A stretch of 64,000 bases of DNA from a virus. Under the pieces are notes generated by a model, which was not told where the DNA came from, made no database searches, and was given only the letters and a program-made list of their open reading frames with translations. The stretch lies in the IMG/VR virus record IMGVR_UViG_3300045988_066341; one strand, 5' to 3'. The translations under genes and the position numbers were made by a program. Numbering within the stretch: position 1 is the stretch's first letter; every line of letters begins with the position of its first letter. Shown here piece after piece: positions 1 to 8,747 of the stretch.

Positions 1-108
1 TCCGGCAACGGTGCCCAGATAGGATCATCCGGCAACGGTGCCCAGATAGGATCATACGGCAACGGTGCCAAGATAGGATCATCCGGCAACGGTGCAAGGA
101 TAGACAGC
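1..108 (+). repeat. 27-nt tandem repeat, 4 copies, in frame inside a CDS
   Basis: Units lie at 1-27 and 28-54 (identical), 55-81 (2 mismatches) and 82-108 (degenerate). They translate to SGNGAQIGS x2, YGNGAKIGS and SGNGARIDS. Confidence 0.9.
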
Positions 109-327
109 ACAGGCGAAGGCTGTGTCATCATGTGCGCAGGTATTAACTCAGTAGCAAAAGCCTCAAAAGGATCATGGATAACACTATCCGAATGGTCTTA
201 TTCTGAGGGAAAACAAAGATATATCCCCATTTGTGTAAAAACGGAATTTGTTGATGGAGAAAAGATAAAAGCAGATACATATTACAGTCTGAAAGGGGGA
301 GTTTTTGTGGAATGGATTAATGATTAA
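1..327 (+). CDS. nonapeptide-repeat protein, C-terminal part (5' end outside window)
   Basis: Frame 1 is open from base 1 and is in frame with track ORF 130..327. Gly/Ser-rich 9-aa repeats are followed by a globular tail (GSWITLSEW...VDGEKIKADTYY). Confidence 0.6.
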   Translation, partial: SGNGAQIGSSGNGAQIGSYGNGAKIGSSGNGARIDSTGEGCVIMCAGINSVAKASKGSWITLSEWSYSEGKQRYIPICVKTEFVDGEKIKADTYYSLKGGVFVEWIND

Positions 328-342
328 GAGGAGGTGTTATAT

Positions 343-732
343 ATGAAATGGATGGTAATAAAAGGGGTTAGATATCCTAGTTCCGTGATATCAGCATTTG
401 CGGCATATAATATGGATAACCCCTTCTTGAAGGTCAGGATAAGAAACAAGTATCATATAGTGCCTTTTGATGATGTTAATAAGATGGCTAGTCAGATGGT
501 GTATTTAATGAACAACTATCCTGATTTCGTTCAGATAGGGAGATGGTGGATATCCAAGAAGGCGGTAATGTCTTGGGTTCCCAAGGGGCAGGCCGTGGAC
601 GGATCGGGCTGGGTTATATCCTTTACCCTGTCCTTTGGATTGGAGGGAGGGACGCAAATTAGGTTTGATAAAGAAGATGGATACCTAAGTGAGGTAGATA
701 GGCTGAATGAATTGTTTAATGTAATATTATGA
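343..732 (+). CDS. hypothetical protein (129 aa)
   Basis: Track ORF 334..732 starts on GTG. I moved the start to ATG 343, 8 nt after GAGGAGG (328-334). Confidence 0.6.
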   Translation: MKWMVIKGVRYPSSVISAFAAYNMDNPFLKVRIRNKYHIVPFDDVNKMASQMVYLMNNYPDFVQIGRWWISKKAVMSWVPKGQAVDGSGWVISFTLSFGLEGGTQIRFDKEDGYLSEVDRLNELFNVIL

Positions 733-733
733 T

Positions 734-913
734 ATGAAAAGCAAGAAAGATTATATAAGCATGCTTAACGCTCTTGGTAGTTCTTTGTCTAGGGAAGAAT
801 GGATGATAGGAGGCAAAGATAGATATACAGGTAGGGATAATTATGGAGTTATGTTGAAAAGATATGATCCTATAGCTTTTGAGGTAGGATATAGAGAATG
901 GAAGAAACAATGA
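734..913 (+). CDS. hypothetical small protein (59 aa, below ORF-track cutoff)
   Basis: Read by eye: ATG 734 to TGA 911-913 (MKSKKDYISMLNAL...YREWKKQ). It fills a gap that the track covers only with an antisense ORF. Confidence 0.4.
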   Translation: MKSKKDYISMLNALGSSLSREEWMIGGKDRYTGRDNYGVMLKRYDPIAFEVGYREWKKQ

Positions 914-1042
914 GTAATACTTAAATCGGGATTGTGGCGGTTCGTGAGAATAGCCACGATCATCCCTAAGCGTGAACATAAGGAGGTACGTATGTCATTC
1001 GATTGACGTTAGGGATCTAATTATATTAAAAAAGGAGGGATT

Positions 1043-1750
1043 ATGAAAAAGATTGTATTAAAACTGTATGAGTTTGATGAGCTGTCAAAAGACTCACAAG
1101 AAAGGATCATAGAGCGTGAGCACTGGAATGTAATGGAGCAATGTATGGATGCTTATGGCATAGACTATAAAAAGTCAATGAAAGCCTTTGAGGATATGAC
1201 AGATACTAGGGTTTATAATTGGGAAGTTGGATACGAGAGATATGATTTTAGTTATGAGTTTAAATACAAGGATCCTATTTACGAACATCCTACAGATTAT
1301 CATTGTGATATATATCCTGAGAATCTATGCGGTAAATTACTGTTCAGATATATCAACAACAATATTATGCCATATATTATCAAGGGCAAGTATTTCTCCA
1401 CGTCAGGTAAATATATTGATGGGAAATACAAATACAGGCACAAGTATAGTAGGGTGATGTTTGACTATGGAGATAATTGCCCATTGATAGGGATGTGTTA
1501 TGATTATTATCTCCTGAAACCTATAATTGATTATTACAATGTATGGTGTACTTATCCGGAGGATTTTTCTTTAGAGGATCTGATGAGACAATGTTATGAT
1601 AACTTCTTCAAGTCATGGCATGAGGAGTATGAGTATTGGGCTGACAATGAAGGCGCTATACGTGAAGAGCTTCATCATAATCAGTACGAAGATCAACTTT
1701 ATTATGAGAATGGGGATGTGTATGTTGGGCAATTAAATGAGATAGTATGA
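1043..1750 (+). CDS. hypothetical early protein (235 aa)
   Basis: ORF track. AGGAGGG lies 4 nt upstream. The N-terminal LYEFDELSKDSQERI and C-terminal YYENGD pattern recalls an uncharacterised phage/plasmid family. Confidence 0.7.
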   Translation: MKKIVLKLYEFDELSKDSQERIIEREHWNVMEQCMDAYGIDYKKSMKAFEDMTDTRVYNWEVGYERYDFSYEFKYKDPIYEHPTDYHCDIYPENLCGKLLFRYINNNIMPYIIKGKYFSTSGKYIDGKYKYRHKYSRVMFDYGDNCPLIGMCYDYYLLKPIIDYYNVWCTYPEDFSLEDLMRQCYDNFFKSWHEEYEYWADNEGAIREELHHNQYEDQLYYENGDVYVGQLNEIV

Positions 1751-2139
1751 AAACACAAGAAGAATATGCCCGTGAGATTGATGAGATCGTTAGCCGGGAT
1801 GTAGAAAGCCGCCAGAGTGATTGGCCCAATATTGACAAGAAAATATTTATGCTTCCAGAAAACAAGAACAAGGTATTTATTCTCGGAACCAGAAAGACCG
1901 GGTGTGATTTAATTGTACTGGATGGCACTAATTGCAATGAAGATAATATGGATCGTATTTTTGGATATCTTGGCAATAAAAACTTCTATGTATGTCAGCC
2001 GTTTGCTCTTTGGGAATCGTTTCAAGGAGTTAAGAAGGTAAATCCTTTGTATGCTTTCAAGGTGGCTACTGTTTATTTCAGAAATAAAGGGATGGTGCCA
2101 GTATTTGAAAATTCACATTGCAAATTGATGAAGTTATGA
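1747..2139 (+). CDS. hypothetical protein (130 aa)
   Basis: ORF track; ATGA overlap with the upstream gene. Confidence 0.65.
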   Translation: MKTQEEYAREIDEIVSRDVESRQSDWPNIDKKIFMLPENKNKVFILGTRKTGCDLIVLDGTNCNEDNMDRIFGYLGNKNFYVCQPFALWESFQGVKKVNPLYAFKVATVYFRNKGMVPVFENSHCKLMKL

Positions 2140-2372
2140 ATATAGAGATAATAAGATACAGGCTTCCAGTTTATTGGGCTTGCCCGTTAATCAATGATGA
2201 TTACACTGGATTAACGGATGAAGAATGTGAGGAAATCAAACACTTCTTGGAAGCAGCAGAAGGTTATCCGGTAGATGTAGATTGGGAAACACAAGGATTC
2301 TACCATTGTAATGACGTAGGAACACTCCCAGAAAAATGTGCGGATTTTATTTTTCACAAGTATAATGATTAA
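2136..2372 (+). CDS. hypothetical protein (78 aa)
   Basis: Track ORF 2118..2372 starts on TTG. I moved the start to ATG 2136, which makes an ATGA overlap with the upstream stop. Confidence 0.6.
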   Translation: MNIEIIRYRLPVYWACPLINDDYTGLTDEECEEIKHFLEAAEGYPVDVDWETQGFYHCNDVGTLPEKCADFIFHKYND

Positions 2373-2383
2373 ACTAAAATGAT

Positions 2384-3280
2384 ATGGAAACTGCAAACAA
2401 ACTAATTTATAAGCAAACAAATTATTTTAAAGAAGACGGAGAGGAATATAGAATAATAGTCACTGTATCTTTAGATGATGATTGTCATAACAATATATGT
2501 GACTGGGGCATAACGGCTGATATCAGACGAAAAAACAAATATGGACGATATGAGGAGTATATGGGAGGTTGCTGTCACGGTGAAATTGCGAAGTATGTTC
2601 CAGAATTGGCAAAATTCATACCATTACATTGCTATAACCATTATGGTGCTCCTATGTATCCGGTGGAAAATGGTACGTATTACATAAAGAATAGCGATAA
2701 GTCTGCAGCTATTGAATATTTACGTATATCAGACAAGGAATATTCCAAATTATCTGAAGCGGTAGACGATAAGATGTATTTCAAGTATCTGCTTTTCAAT
2801 CTTGGGATTGTGGATAGATGGAAAAGAGAATCAGACGAGCTTCTTGTTGAACTTGAAGACCTGTGTGGAAAGAAATGGGTTAATCCATATAAGCTGGAAG
2901 AAGAAAAGTTTACCCTAATACTAACAGACAAGGAACGATCTTTTATTGAAGAGCGCATTGAAGCTGGGTATTATTCCATAGAAAATATAGAAAAACGCCG
3001 GGAAGAGACTCATAACGCAAAGATGATGAAAGAGTGTGCCAAGATTTGTGAACTATATGACAAACAAATTAGAAAGGCAGAAGTTGGGAAGAAGATAATA
3101 CTCTGTGTGTTTGATCATGGATTATCTGTTGATAATGTAATATATTATAATCATACGAACACGTTAGTCTTTAACTGGTGTGACCATATAGAAAAAATCA
3201 CTAAAGAAAAGTTTGATGATTTCGTAAATAACGTAGATCGTTCCCGACTTCCGGAAGGAATTAAATTTGAGTTAAAGTAA
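2384..3280 (+). CDS. hypothetical protein (298 aa), Cys/His-rich N-terminal half
   Basis: ORF track; no assignable motif. Confidence 0.7.
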   Translation: METANKLIYKQTNYFKEDGEEYRIIVTVSLDDDCHNNICDWGITADIRRKNKYGRYEEYMGGCCHGEIAKYVPELAKFIPLHCYNHYGAPMYPVENGTYYIKNSDKSAAIEYLRISDKEYSKLSEAVDDKMYFKYLLFNLGIVDRWKRESDELLVELEDLCGKKWVNPYKLEEEKFTLILTDKERSFIEERIEAGYYSIENIEKRREETHNAKMMKECAKICELYDKQIRKAEVGKKIILCVFDHGLSVDNVIYYNHTNTLVFNWCDHIEKITKEKFDDFVNNVDRSRLPEGIKFELK

Positions 3281-3285
3281 TTTTT
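3278..3285 (+). promoter_or_regulatory. near-consensus Bacteroidota -7 box (TAATTTTT)
   Basis: The box is followed by AGTCTACACATAA and the 13-mer AATCACTATCAGA (3297-3309), 4 nt before ATG 3313. The extended motif resembles the boxes at 9693 and 31112. Confidence 0.35.
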
Positions 3286-3312
3286 AGTCTACACATAATC
3301 ACTATCAGAAAA

Positions 3313-3597
3313 ATGAACAAGATTATAGAAGATTACAAAAAGATAGTTGCCGGCAAAAACATCTGCTTTATGTCAAGAGGAGAATACGCTGATCCGAAAA
3401 TAGCGTACAAAGGTATCCTCATGAATTACTGGGATGTGTATGATTGTATGGATGAGGTAGAAGAACCGACAGATGATGATTGGTTAAACGCAGTAAGTAA
3501 TTTGTTTGACTCATATACATATGATGTTGAGAATACGGATGTTGATAAATTCAAGATGTCGGATGTAATGAACGTATATCGTATTATTAATCTGTAG
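3313..3597 (+). CDS. hypothetical protein (94 aa)
   Basis: ORF track; co-oriented and tightly packed with neighbours; no motif recognised. Confidence 0.6.
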   Translation: MNKIIEDYKKIVAGKNICFMSRGEYADPKIAYKGILMNYWDVYDCMDEVEEPTDDDWLNAVSNLFDSYTYDVENTDVDKFKMSDVMNVYRIINL

Positions 3598-3622
3598 TTG
3601 TATAACAAAAAAAAATATTGAT

Positions 3623-4684
3623 ATGAACAACTCTATGGTCGCTCACTTATGGGCAAATGAAAAGAAAGAATCCGGAAAAGGTAGTAATCTTTTCTTTGAA
3701 GGTAGAAGTATTTATTCTTATGGTTATCATTTTGAGGTTGGAAGAATCGTAAGAAATAAGTGTGGTGAAAAGGCGTATTTGCTTAACGATGAGTATTATT
3801 CTTCTTCTACCTGTAAACATCAACGTTGTGTTCGTAGTGCAATACCAACTGGTTCAAAGGTATTTTCTGTTGGATATAATATGTCTGATGATGGTAGCAT
3901 GGCTTTTATCACCAGTCGATTGGAGCTTATCAAAGAGGTTATCGAGAAATACAAGAAGGTCAGAACAAGCCTGTCTTATAGGGATGTTTGGGGAGTATTT
4001 AGAAGTCTAATGGATTATATTGAGTTCTTTAATATGGGTACTCCCGAGAGCCTTCTTAAAAAGAGCGCAAACAACTGGATTGGAACTAAACATGCGTTAT
4101 CTTATGAATCGGATAAGATTAAAAGTGAATATGTCCATGAGTTAAAGCGTGTGTTTGAGGTATTGCTAAATCATCAAGCGTTAGAAACTTTAGGGACGAC
4201 CAATGTGATAGTAGATGAGATTTGTGGTGAAGGAACGTGGGCTGGGTATGTGGCCAGATGTCAGAGATGGAAAGATAGTCAGGCGAAAAAAGAGGCTTTA
4301 ATTTTTGAAAAAAGAAGAAAAGAGAAAGAAGATCGCAAGAAAAAATTTGAAGAACAGATCGAGATGTGGAAGTCTGGCAAGATTCTGGAATTATATCTAC
4401 ATTATTATTTGGAGGATAACCAGCCTAACGTATGGCTTCGCATCAAGAATGGCATAATTGAGACTAGCAAGAATATCAAGATAGGACGAGCTGAGGCTGA
4501 GAGACTTTGGAAATTGATAAAGTTCTTCCATAATGGCAGTAAATTCCAACACGATATGGTATTGGATACAACCGGTCACAAATGGAAGATCAATAGCTAT
4601 AAGAATGATATATTGGTTGCTGGATGTCACAGGATCGCATATAGCGAGATGGAGGGTGTTGCGAGACAATTAGGATGGGATTAA
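3623..4684 (+). CDS. hypothetical protein (353 aa)
   Basis: ORF track. The N-terminal AHLWANE...NLFFEGRSIYSYGYHF pattern recalls an uncharacterised plasmid/phage early-gene family. Confidence 0.7.
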   Translation: MNNSMVAHLWANEKKESGKGSNLFFEGRSIYSYGYHFEVGRIVRNKCGEKAYLLNDEYYSSSTCKHQRCVRSAIPTGSKVFSVGYNMSDDGSMAFITSRLELIKEVIEKYKKVRTSLSYRDVWGVFRSLMDYIEFFNMGTPESLLKKSANNWIGTKHALSYESDKIKSEYVHELKRVFEVLLNHQALETLGTTNVIVDEICGEGTWAGYVARCQRWKDSQAKKEALIFEKRRKEKEDRKKKFEEQIEMWKSGKILELYLHYYLEDNQPNVWLRIKNGIIETSKNIKIGRAEAERLWKLIKFFHNGSKFQHDMVLDTTGHKWKINSYKNDILVAGCHRIAYSEMEGVARQLGWD

Positions 4685-4874
4685 ACAGATATCAACTAAC
4701 ATTTGAGAGCTATGACAATCACTATCAGATTTACGGGAGAAACATCCAAGATGTCATGGGTGGCGTTACCGGTGGAGCCGGCGTATATGGGTAGGCGGTC
4801 GGGGAAGACAAGGCGCAGCCCTTGCTCGTTGGCTTGGTTGAGTAATAAAATAACATATAAATACGTAAGAAAAT

Positions 4875-5207
4875 ATGAGTATTAAAGAAGGAGATATGGT
4901 ATCTATAAGACAGGATTTTATCAATCGATATAAAAATGTGCAAGAATCCATCATAAAGGCAATGGATAAGGCATTGGAGCGGGCAATAGGGAACAAGGTA
5001 ATAGATTTCGAGAAGTGTGAAGGCAATTATTTGGACGTCTATCCTCTTATTGGGGCGGTCTTACAGAAGGAGGTAAGGAGAGTACTTGGCGAAAATGTGA
5101 ATAAGAATATATGCCAGAGTATGAAAATAAAGGCGACCAAGTACAGAAATGATTACAGGGTATGGTTGGACTATGCCGGGGATTACAGAAACGAAAATAT
5201 AGAATAA
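4875..5207 (+). CDS. hypothetical protein (110 aa)
   Basis: ORF track; co-oriented; no motif recognised. Confidence 0.6.
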   Translation: MSIKEGDMVSIRQDFINRYKNVQESIIKAMDKALERAIGNKVIDFEKCEGNYLDVYPLIGAVLQKEVRRVLGENVNKNICQSMKIKATKYRNDYRVWLDYAGDYRNENIE

Positions 5208-5208
5208 C

Positions 5209-5661
5209 ATGAAATATCAAAATTTTATGTGCCCTTATGAGCTTGCGCTAAAGTTGCATGAGTTGGGTATAAATTCGGAGTCGGAATTTTATTTTGTGAA
5301 AGAGATGAAAGGAGGGGAAACCCAGATAGATTCAGTTGTGCAAAATACAATGAGGTATTCATATAGAAAAGAAGGCGACCTCATACCGGCTTATATGAGT
5401 CATGAACTTGGAGAGATACTACCAAGTATGATAAATGTCAGTAAATCAAAAATATGGGATGACTGGTTGCAGTTGACACAATATTTCCCGAATAAGGATA
5501 GCGAATATTACGAAACTGCCTATGTTCGATACGATGCTTACAATCCACAAACAGAAGTGTATAGTGGATTTGGAGATACAGAGGTAGAGTCGAGAGCGAT
5601 GCTACTTATTGATCTATTGGATAAAAAAGTATTGACATTAAGTGATTTAAACTTAAATTAG
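5209..5661 (+). CDS. hypothetical protein (150 aa)
   Basis: ORF track; starts 1 nt after the upstream stop. Confidence 0.6.
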   Translation: MKYQNFMCPYELALKLHELGINSESEFYFVKEMKGGETQIDSVVQNTMRYSYRKEGDLIPAYMSHELGEILPSMINVSKSKIWDDWLQLTQYFPNKDSEYYETAYVRYDAYNPQTEVYSGFGDTEVESRAMLLIDLLDKKVLTLSDLNLN

Positions 5662-5722
5662 ATTAGATGGGAAATCACTGAAATTAAATAGATATATAAT
5701 TACATTACCTAAATTAAATATT

Positions 5723-5929
5723 ATGAGCGATGATGAAATAATGAAAGCGGCTCAATTGATAGCCAACTCCTCAGCAGCCTTGATAGAGGCTATGGGGATG
5801 ATGAGCGAAAATATCGAGAGAGCTAATAAGGGCGAGTCTTTGGCTTATACTGAAGATCATTTCATGAAAGTGATTCAAGATAACGGGATAACGTATAACG
5901 ATGTAATACAAAGGGGTTGGAGATTATGA
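5723..5929 (+). CDS. hypothetical protein (68 aa)
   Basis: ORF track; co-oriented. Confidence 0.55.
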   Translation: MSDDEIMKAAQLIANSSAALIEAMGMMSENIERANKGESLAYTEDHFMKVIQDNGITYNDVIQRGWRL

Positions 5930-6291
5930 AAGACGTAGAAAGAGTAAACGTATTAAATAAAATGCTATTAAATGCGAACGTAGTAGCTTATGGAGCTATG
6001 GTTGATTTGATTAAAAGAACAGGGAGACTTGATCTTGATATGAATAGCGTAGGCCATATAGATGATTTTCCGGCTGAAATAAGGGTCTTTACCGATAATA
6101 GATTGATTTGTTTATCTATAACATCCGTGTATTTATCGGGAGAAGATAATTTGATGGTCGATGGATATGATGACGATAATGATAAAGTTGATGGGGTGAA
6201 TGTTTATTACGACCAGATAAGTGAGGTGGTATATCTGGCTAAAATCATATTAGAAGAAATGGAGGGAAAAGATCATGGAGAAAGCAGTTAA
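5926..6291 (+). CDS. hypothetical protein (121 aa)
   Basis: Track ORF 5917..6291 starts on TTG. I moved the start to ATG 5926 (ATGA overlap with the upstream stop). Confidence 0.55.
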   Translation: MKDVERVNVLNKMLLNANVVAYGAMVDLIKRTGRLDLDMNSVGHIDDFPAEIRVFTDNRLICLSITSVYLSGEDNLMVDGYDDDNDKVDGVNVYYDQISEVVYLAKIILEEMEGKDHGESS

Positions 6292-6457
6292 AACAGATAT
6301 GGAGTATAGGGAGATATTGGAGAAATCATTATCGGCTATTCAATATCTAAAGATACATGGATTCTCGACATACATGGAATCGGAGGGGATTGTAAATAGG
6401 ATAATGATGTTCAAGGATAAGAATGAGATGAGAGATCAAAAGATCAGATCAATTTAA
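6275..6457 (+). CDS. hypothetical protein (60 aa)
   Basis: ORF track; 17-nt overlap with the upstream gene. Confidence 0.45.
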   Translation: MEKAVKTDMEYREILEKSLSAIQYLKIHGFSTYMESEGIVNRIMMFKDKNEMRDQKIRSI

Positions 6458-6468
6458 TAGAACTAATT

Positions 6469-6780
6469 ATGACAGTAGAGTATAAGTGTATTGATGTTTA
6501 CAAGAAGCCGGAGAATCCAATGGAATGGTTGCCGTGTCCACGATGCGGCCTCCGGCCTCTGGTCTGGGAGTTCGATAACGGGAGATCCACGGCGTGCGGG
6601 TGCGGGACAAACTGCTATCATCATTGGAGCGTGCAGGCAGAAAGCATTATGTCAGTCATAAATAGGTCTGACAATGGTCATTCGGCTAAGGAGTACGACA
6701 TTGATGAGCTTAAAAATAACTGGAATCACTGGGTGAATACAGGAGAGATCCTGTTTACGCCAGGGAATGGGAAATGGTAA
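6469..6780 (+). CDS. zinc-ribbon protein, possibly Lar-like (restriction alleviation family)
   Basis: CPRCG-x16-CGCG Cys pattern near the N-terminus and a C-terminal NNWNHW motif. The family call is tentative. Confidence 0.5.
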   Translation: MTVEYKCIDVYKKPENPMEWLPCPRCGLRPLVWEFDNGRSTACGCGTNCYHHWSVQAESIMSVINRSDNGHSAKEYDIDELKNNWNHWVNTGEILFTPGNGKW

Positions 6781-6800
6781 TATAATTAATAATTTAAGAT

Positions 6801-7040
6801 ATGGATCATTATTTGGCTACAATTCAAACGATATTAGATAGATGTGAGAACGACAATACATCTCCTAGTATTAATGACATGGAGATAATAAAAATAAATC
6901 TATGTAGAATAATTCAGACTCGTTACGGAATAACTCAGTTATGGTTCATTCCGTTGATAGAAAGAATACAGAATGCTTGTTGTAAACATCACAATGACGT
7001 TGATATGTTATGGGAAGATTTTGTTAAAAAAAATGACTGA
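6801..7040 (+). CDS. hypothetical protein (79 aa)
   Basis: ORF track; co-oriented. Confidence 0.5.
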   Translation: MDHYLATIQTILDRCENDNTSPSINDMEIIKINLCRIIQTRYGITQLWFIPLIERIQNACCKHHNDVDMLWEDFVKKND

Positions 7041-7196
7041 ATAGGAGGGATAAATATGGATGTGATATAGTTGAGCCGGATTACATAAACATTGTGAGCG
7101 AAGGTATTATCAATGAGGATAATATAGTGGATGATGATATGATAGATCATGTGTTGAAATTAAAGGTTAAAATAGTAATATTAAACGAAGAATCAT

Positions 7197-7412
7197 ATGG
7201 GAGCTATAATAACCGTAATTGGATCGGGGTGGATATCATTAGATAATTCTCTACCGGAAGTACAGAAACCATGTTATTTTTTGGATAGAGAGAACATTTT
7301 TCGTGGGGTAATGGATGAGTCGGGTGATGTATATGAGATATTGGATAATGACATCAATGATGTTGTATATCATAGCAATATAGAGGATGGATATATAGTT
7401 TTTTGGAAATAG
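7197..7412 (+). CDS. hypothetical protein (71 aa), DUF551-like pattern
   Basis: ORF track. The GWISLDNSLPE...YFLD pattern resembles small phage DUF551-type proteins (tentative). Confidence 0.5.
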   Translation: MGAIITVIGSGWISLDNSLPEVQKPCYFLDRENIFRGVMDESGDVYEILDNDINDVVYHSNIEDGYIVFWK

Positions 7413-7431
7413 TAATTTAAGGAGGATATTT

Positions 7432-7710
7432 ATGGCGTATTTAGCAGTCAACAGAAACGGAGAGGAGCTTGTGTTTAATGATTGCCCTATTTATGATAGG
7501 GTAGAGGATACATGGAAAATACCTACACTTAGATGGGAACTTGTTTATGACGATCCACATGATCATAGCGCAGGTGTTCATGAGGATGAGGTAAGGGATG
7601 ATGACTATGGTGTAACATTACCCAACGGAACAATCGAGAGAATAATAGGTGATCCATTGACTTTGGCCAATGAACCAGTAGAAATTATAATATCAAAGAG
7701 TCATGAGTAA
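7432..7710 (+). CDS. hypothetical protein (92 aa), paralogue of 38254..38700 N-terminal half
   Basis: AAGGAGG lies 6 nt upstream. LAVNRNGEE...LPNGTIERIIG aligns with LAVNKNGDE...LPRGTIYKLAG. Confidence 0.6.
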   Translation: MAYLAVNRNGEELVFNDCPIYDRVEDTWKIPTLRWELVYDDPHDHSAGVHEDEVRDDDYGVTLPNGTIERIIGDPLTLANEPVEIIISKSHE

Positions 7711-7993
7711 AGAATATAAAGCGATAAAGAATTATATCCATAACGAGCTTGGTCTTACCAAGGAAGACATAATCAATGCAATTAGATCTGATATAAGACA
7801 ATATGTTGAGAGATGTATGCGTAATACTTACGGGGATGATAATAATCTAGAGCGATGGATTAAGGTTATGGTGGAGAATAAGCTTAAAGAAAGAGATTTT
7901 AATGTCATTCCAAGAATGGTAGAAAAAGTATTACAAGATAAGATGTTAAACAATATAGAGATTATTATAAGAAACAAAGACTTAAATGATTGA
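7703..7993 (+). CDS. hypothetical protein (96 aa)
   Basis: ORF track; overlap-coupled. Confidence 0.55.
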   Translation: MSKEYKAIKNYIHNELGLTKEDIINAIRSDIRQYVERCMRNTYGDDNNLERWIKVMVENKLKERDFNVIPRMVEKVLQDKMLNNIEIIIRNKDLND

Positions 7994-8492
7994 AAATATG
8001 GGAAATAAGGATATTTTAGATAAGGCAAGGATGAAGGGCATGAACCAAGGGATATGGCTGGCGGTTCAGGAGCTAGTCTATGCCGGGCGCTGGACGCAGG
8101 CCGCAGAGGAACTGGTGTCTTCTTGTGGATTGACCGAGGATGAATGTAGGAAGCTGCAAGAAGAAAGTGGATCATTCAATGATGAGATGCTTGAGTTTAT
8201 TGACATAATATTTGGGCATAAAGATATGATAAGTAAAGAAAATACTATACATATAAATATTAAGCATCATGAAGTAGGGGAAATCTTTAACTATAGAGTG
8301 GGTATGTCTGAAATGACACTGAAAGTAGTTAAGGCGAATGATGAATGTTCGGGATGTGTTTTTGAAAATAGTTTGTATAATTGTACAAGATCAAATTGCA
8401 TGGAATATGAAAGAGAGGATGGGGAAAGTATTAAATACATAATAGTTAATACAAATGAATGGAGAAAATATAATACCCAAGATAACGGATAA
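7986..8492 (+). CDS. hypothetical protein (168 aa), paralogue of 8748..9191
   Basis: Shares the GIWLAVQELV... N-domain and the C-terminal CxGCxF...C...C module with the 8748 ORF. Confidence 0.65.
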   Translation: MIENMGNKDILDKARMKGMNQGIWLAVQELVYAGRWTQAAEELVSSCGLTEDECRKLQEESGSFNDEMLEFIDIIFGHKDMISKENTIHINIKHHEVGEIFNYRVGMSEMTLKVVKANDECSGCVFENSLYNCTRSNCMEYEREDGESIKYIIVNTNEWRKYNTQDNG

Positions 8493-8499
8493 GCGTGGG

Positions 8500-8736
8500 A
8501 TGTCATGGAATCAACCTCATAGGAGGTACATAGAAATCGATGAAGAGTATGCCTTAATGACCAAACAAACCTTTGAGGGTCTTAGGGAATATTCATTGAC
8601 AATCCCATCAGGGAAATATGAAGGGAAGATGTGGAAGGCTAATAGAGGAGGTACATGGTATCTATATTGGTATGATCATGACGATAATCCGGAGATGATC
8701 AAAATAGAACGAAGAGAAATATTGTTACTTAATTAA
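8500..8736 (+). CDS. hypothetical protein (78 aa)
   Basis: The track ORF 8455..8736 overlaps the upstream gene by 38 nt. The in-frame ATG at 8500 avoids that overlap. Confidence 0.5.
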   Translation: MSWNQPHRRYIEIDEEYALMTKQTFEGLREYSLTIPSGKYEGKMWKANRGGTWYLYWYDHDDNPEMIKIERREILLLN

Positions 8737-8747
8737 TACAAAATAAT

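Noticed and set aside
1-108. Regular 27-nt direct repeats that could suggest a CRISPR array or iterons.
   Set aside because: The units are contiguous with no spacers. The period is a multiple of 3, and they are in frame with the downstream ORF, so they are a coding tandem repeat.
934-957. GTGGC...GGTTCG...GCCAC, reminiscent of a tRNA T-arm.
   Set aside because: The loop is 14 nt rather than 7, and there is no acceptor, D or anticodon arm around it. I found no tRNA-like cloverleaf anywhere in the window.
716-979. 87-aa minus-strand ORF in the plus-strand block.
   Set aside because: It is antisense to the block and has a low-complexity composition. The same interval holds a better-placed plus-strand 59-aa ORF (734..913).
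4703-5026. A 60-aa TTG-initiated ORF and two minus-strand ORFs across the GC-rich patch.
   Set aside because: None has a convincing start or composition. I kept the region as a finding (possible RNA or leader) rather than a CDS call.
7094-7246. A GTG-initiated 50-aa ORF in the 7041-7196 gap.
   Set aside because: It has a non-ATG start without an SD sequence and overlaps the 7197 gene by 50 nt. The evidence is insufficient.
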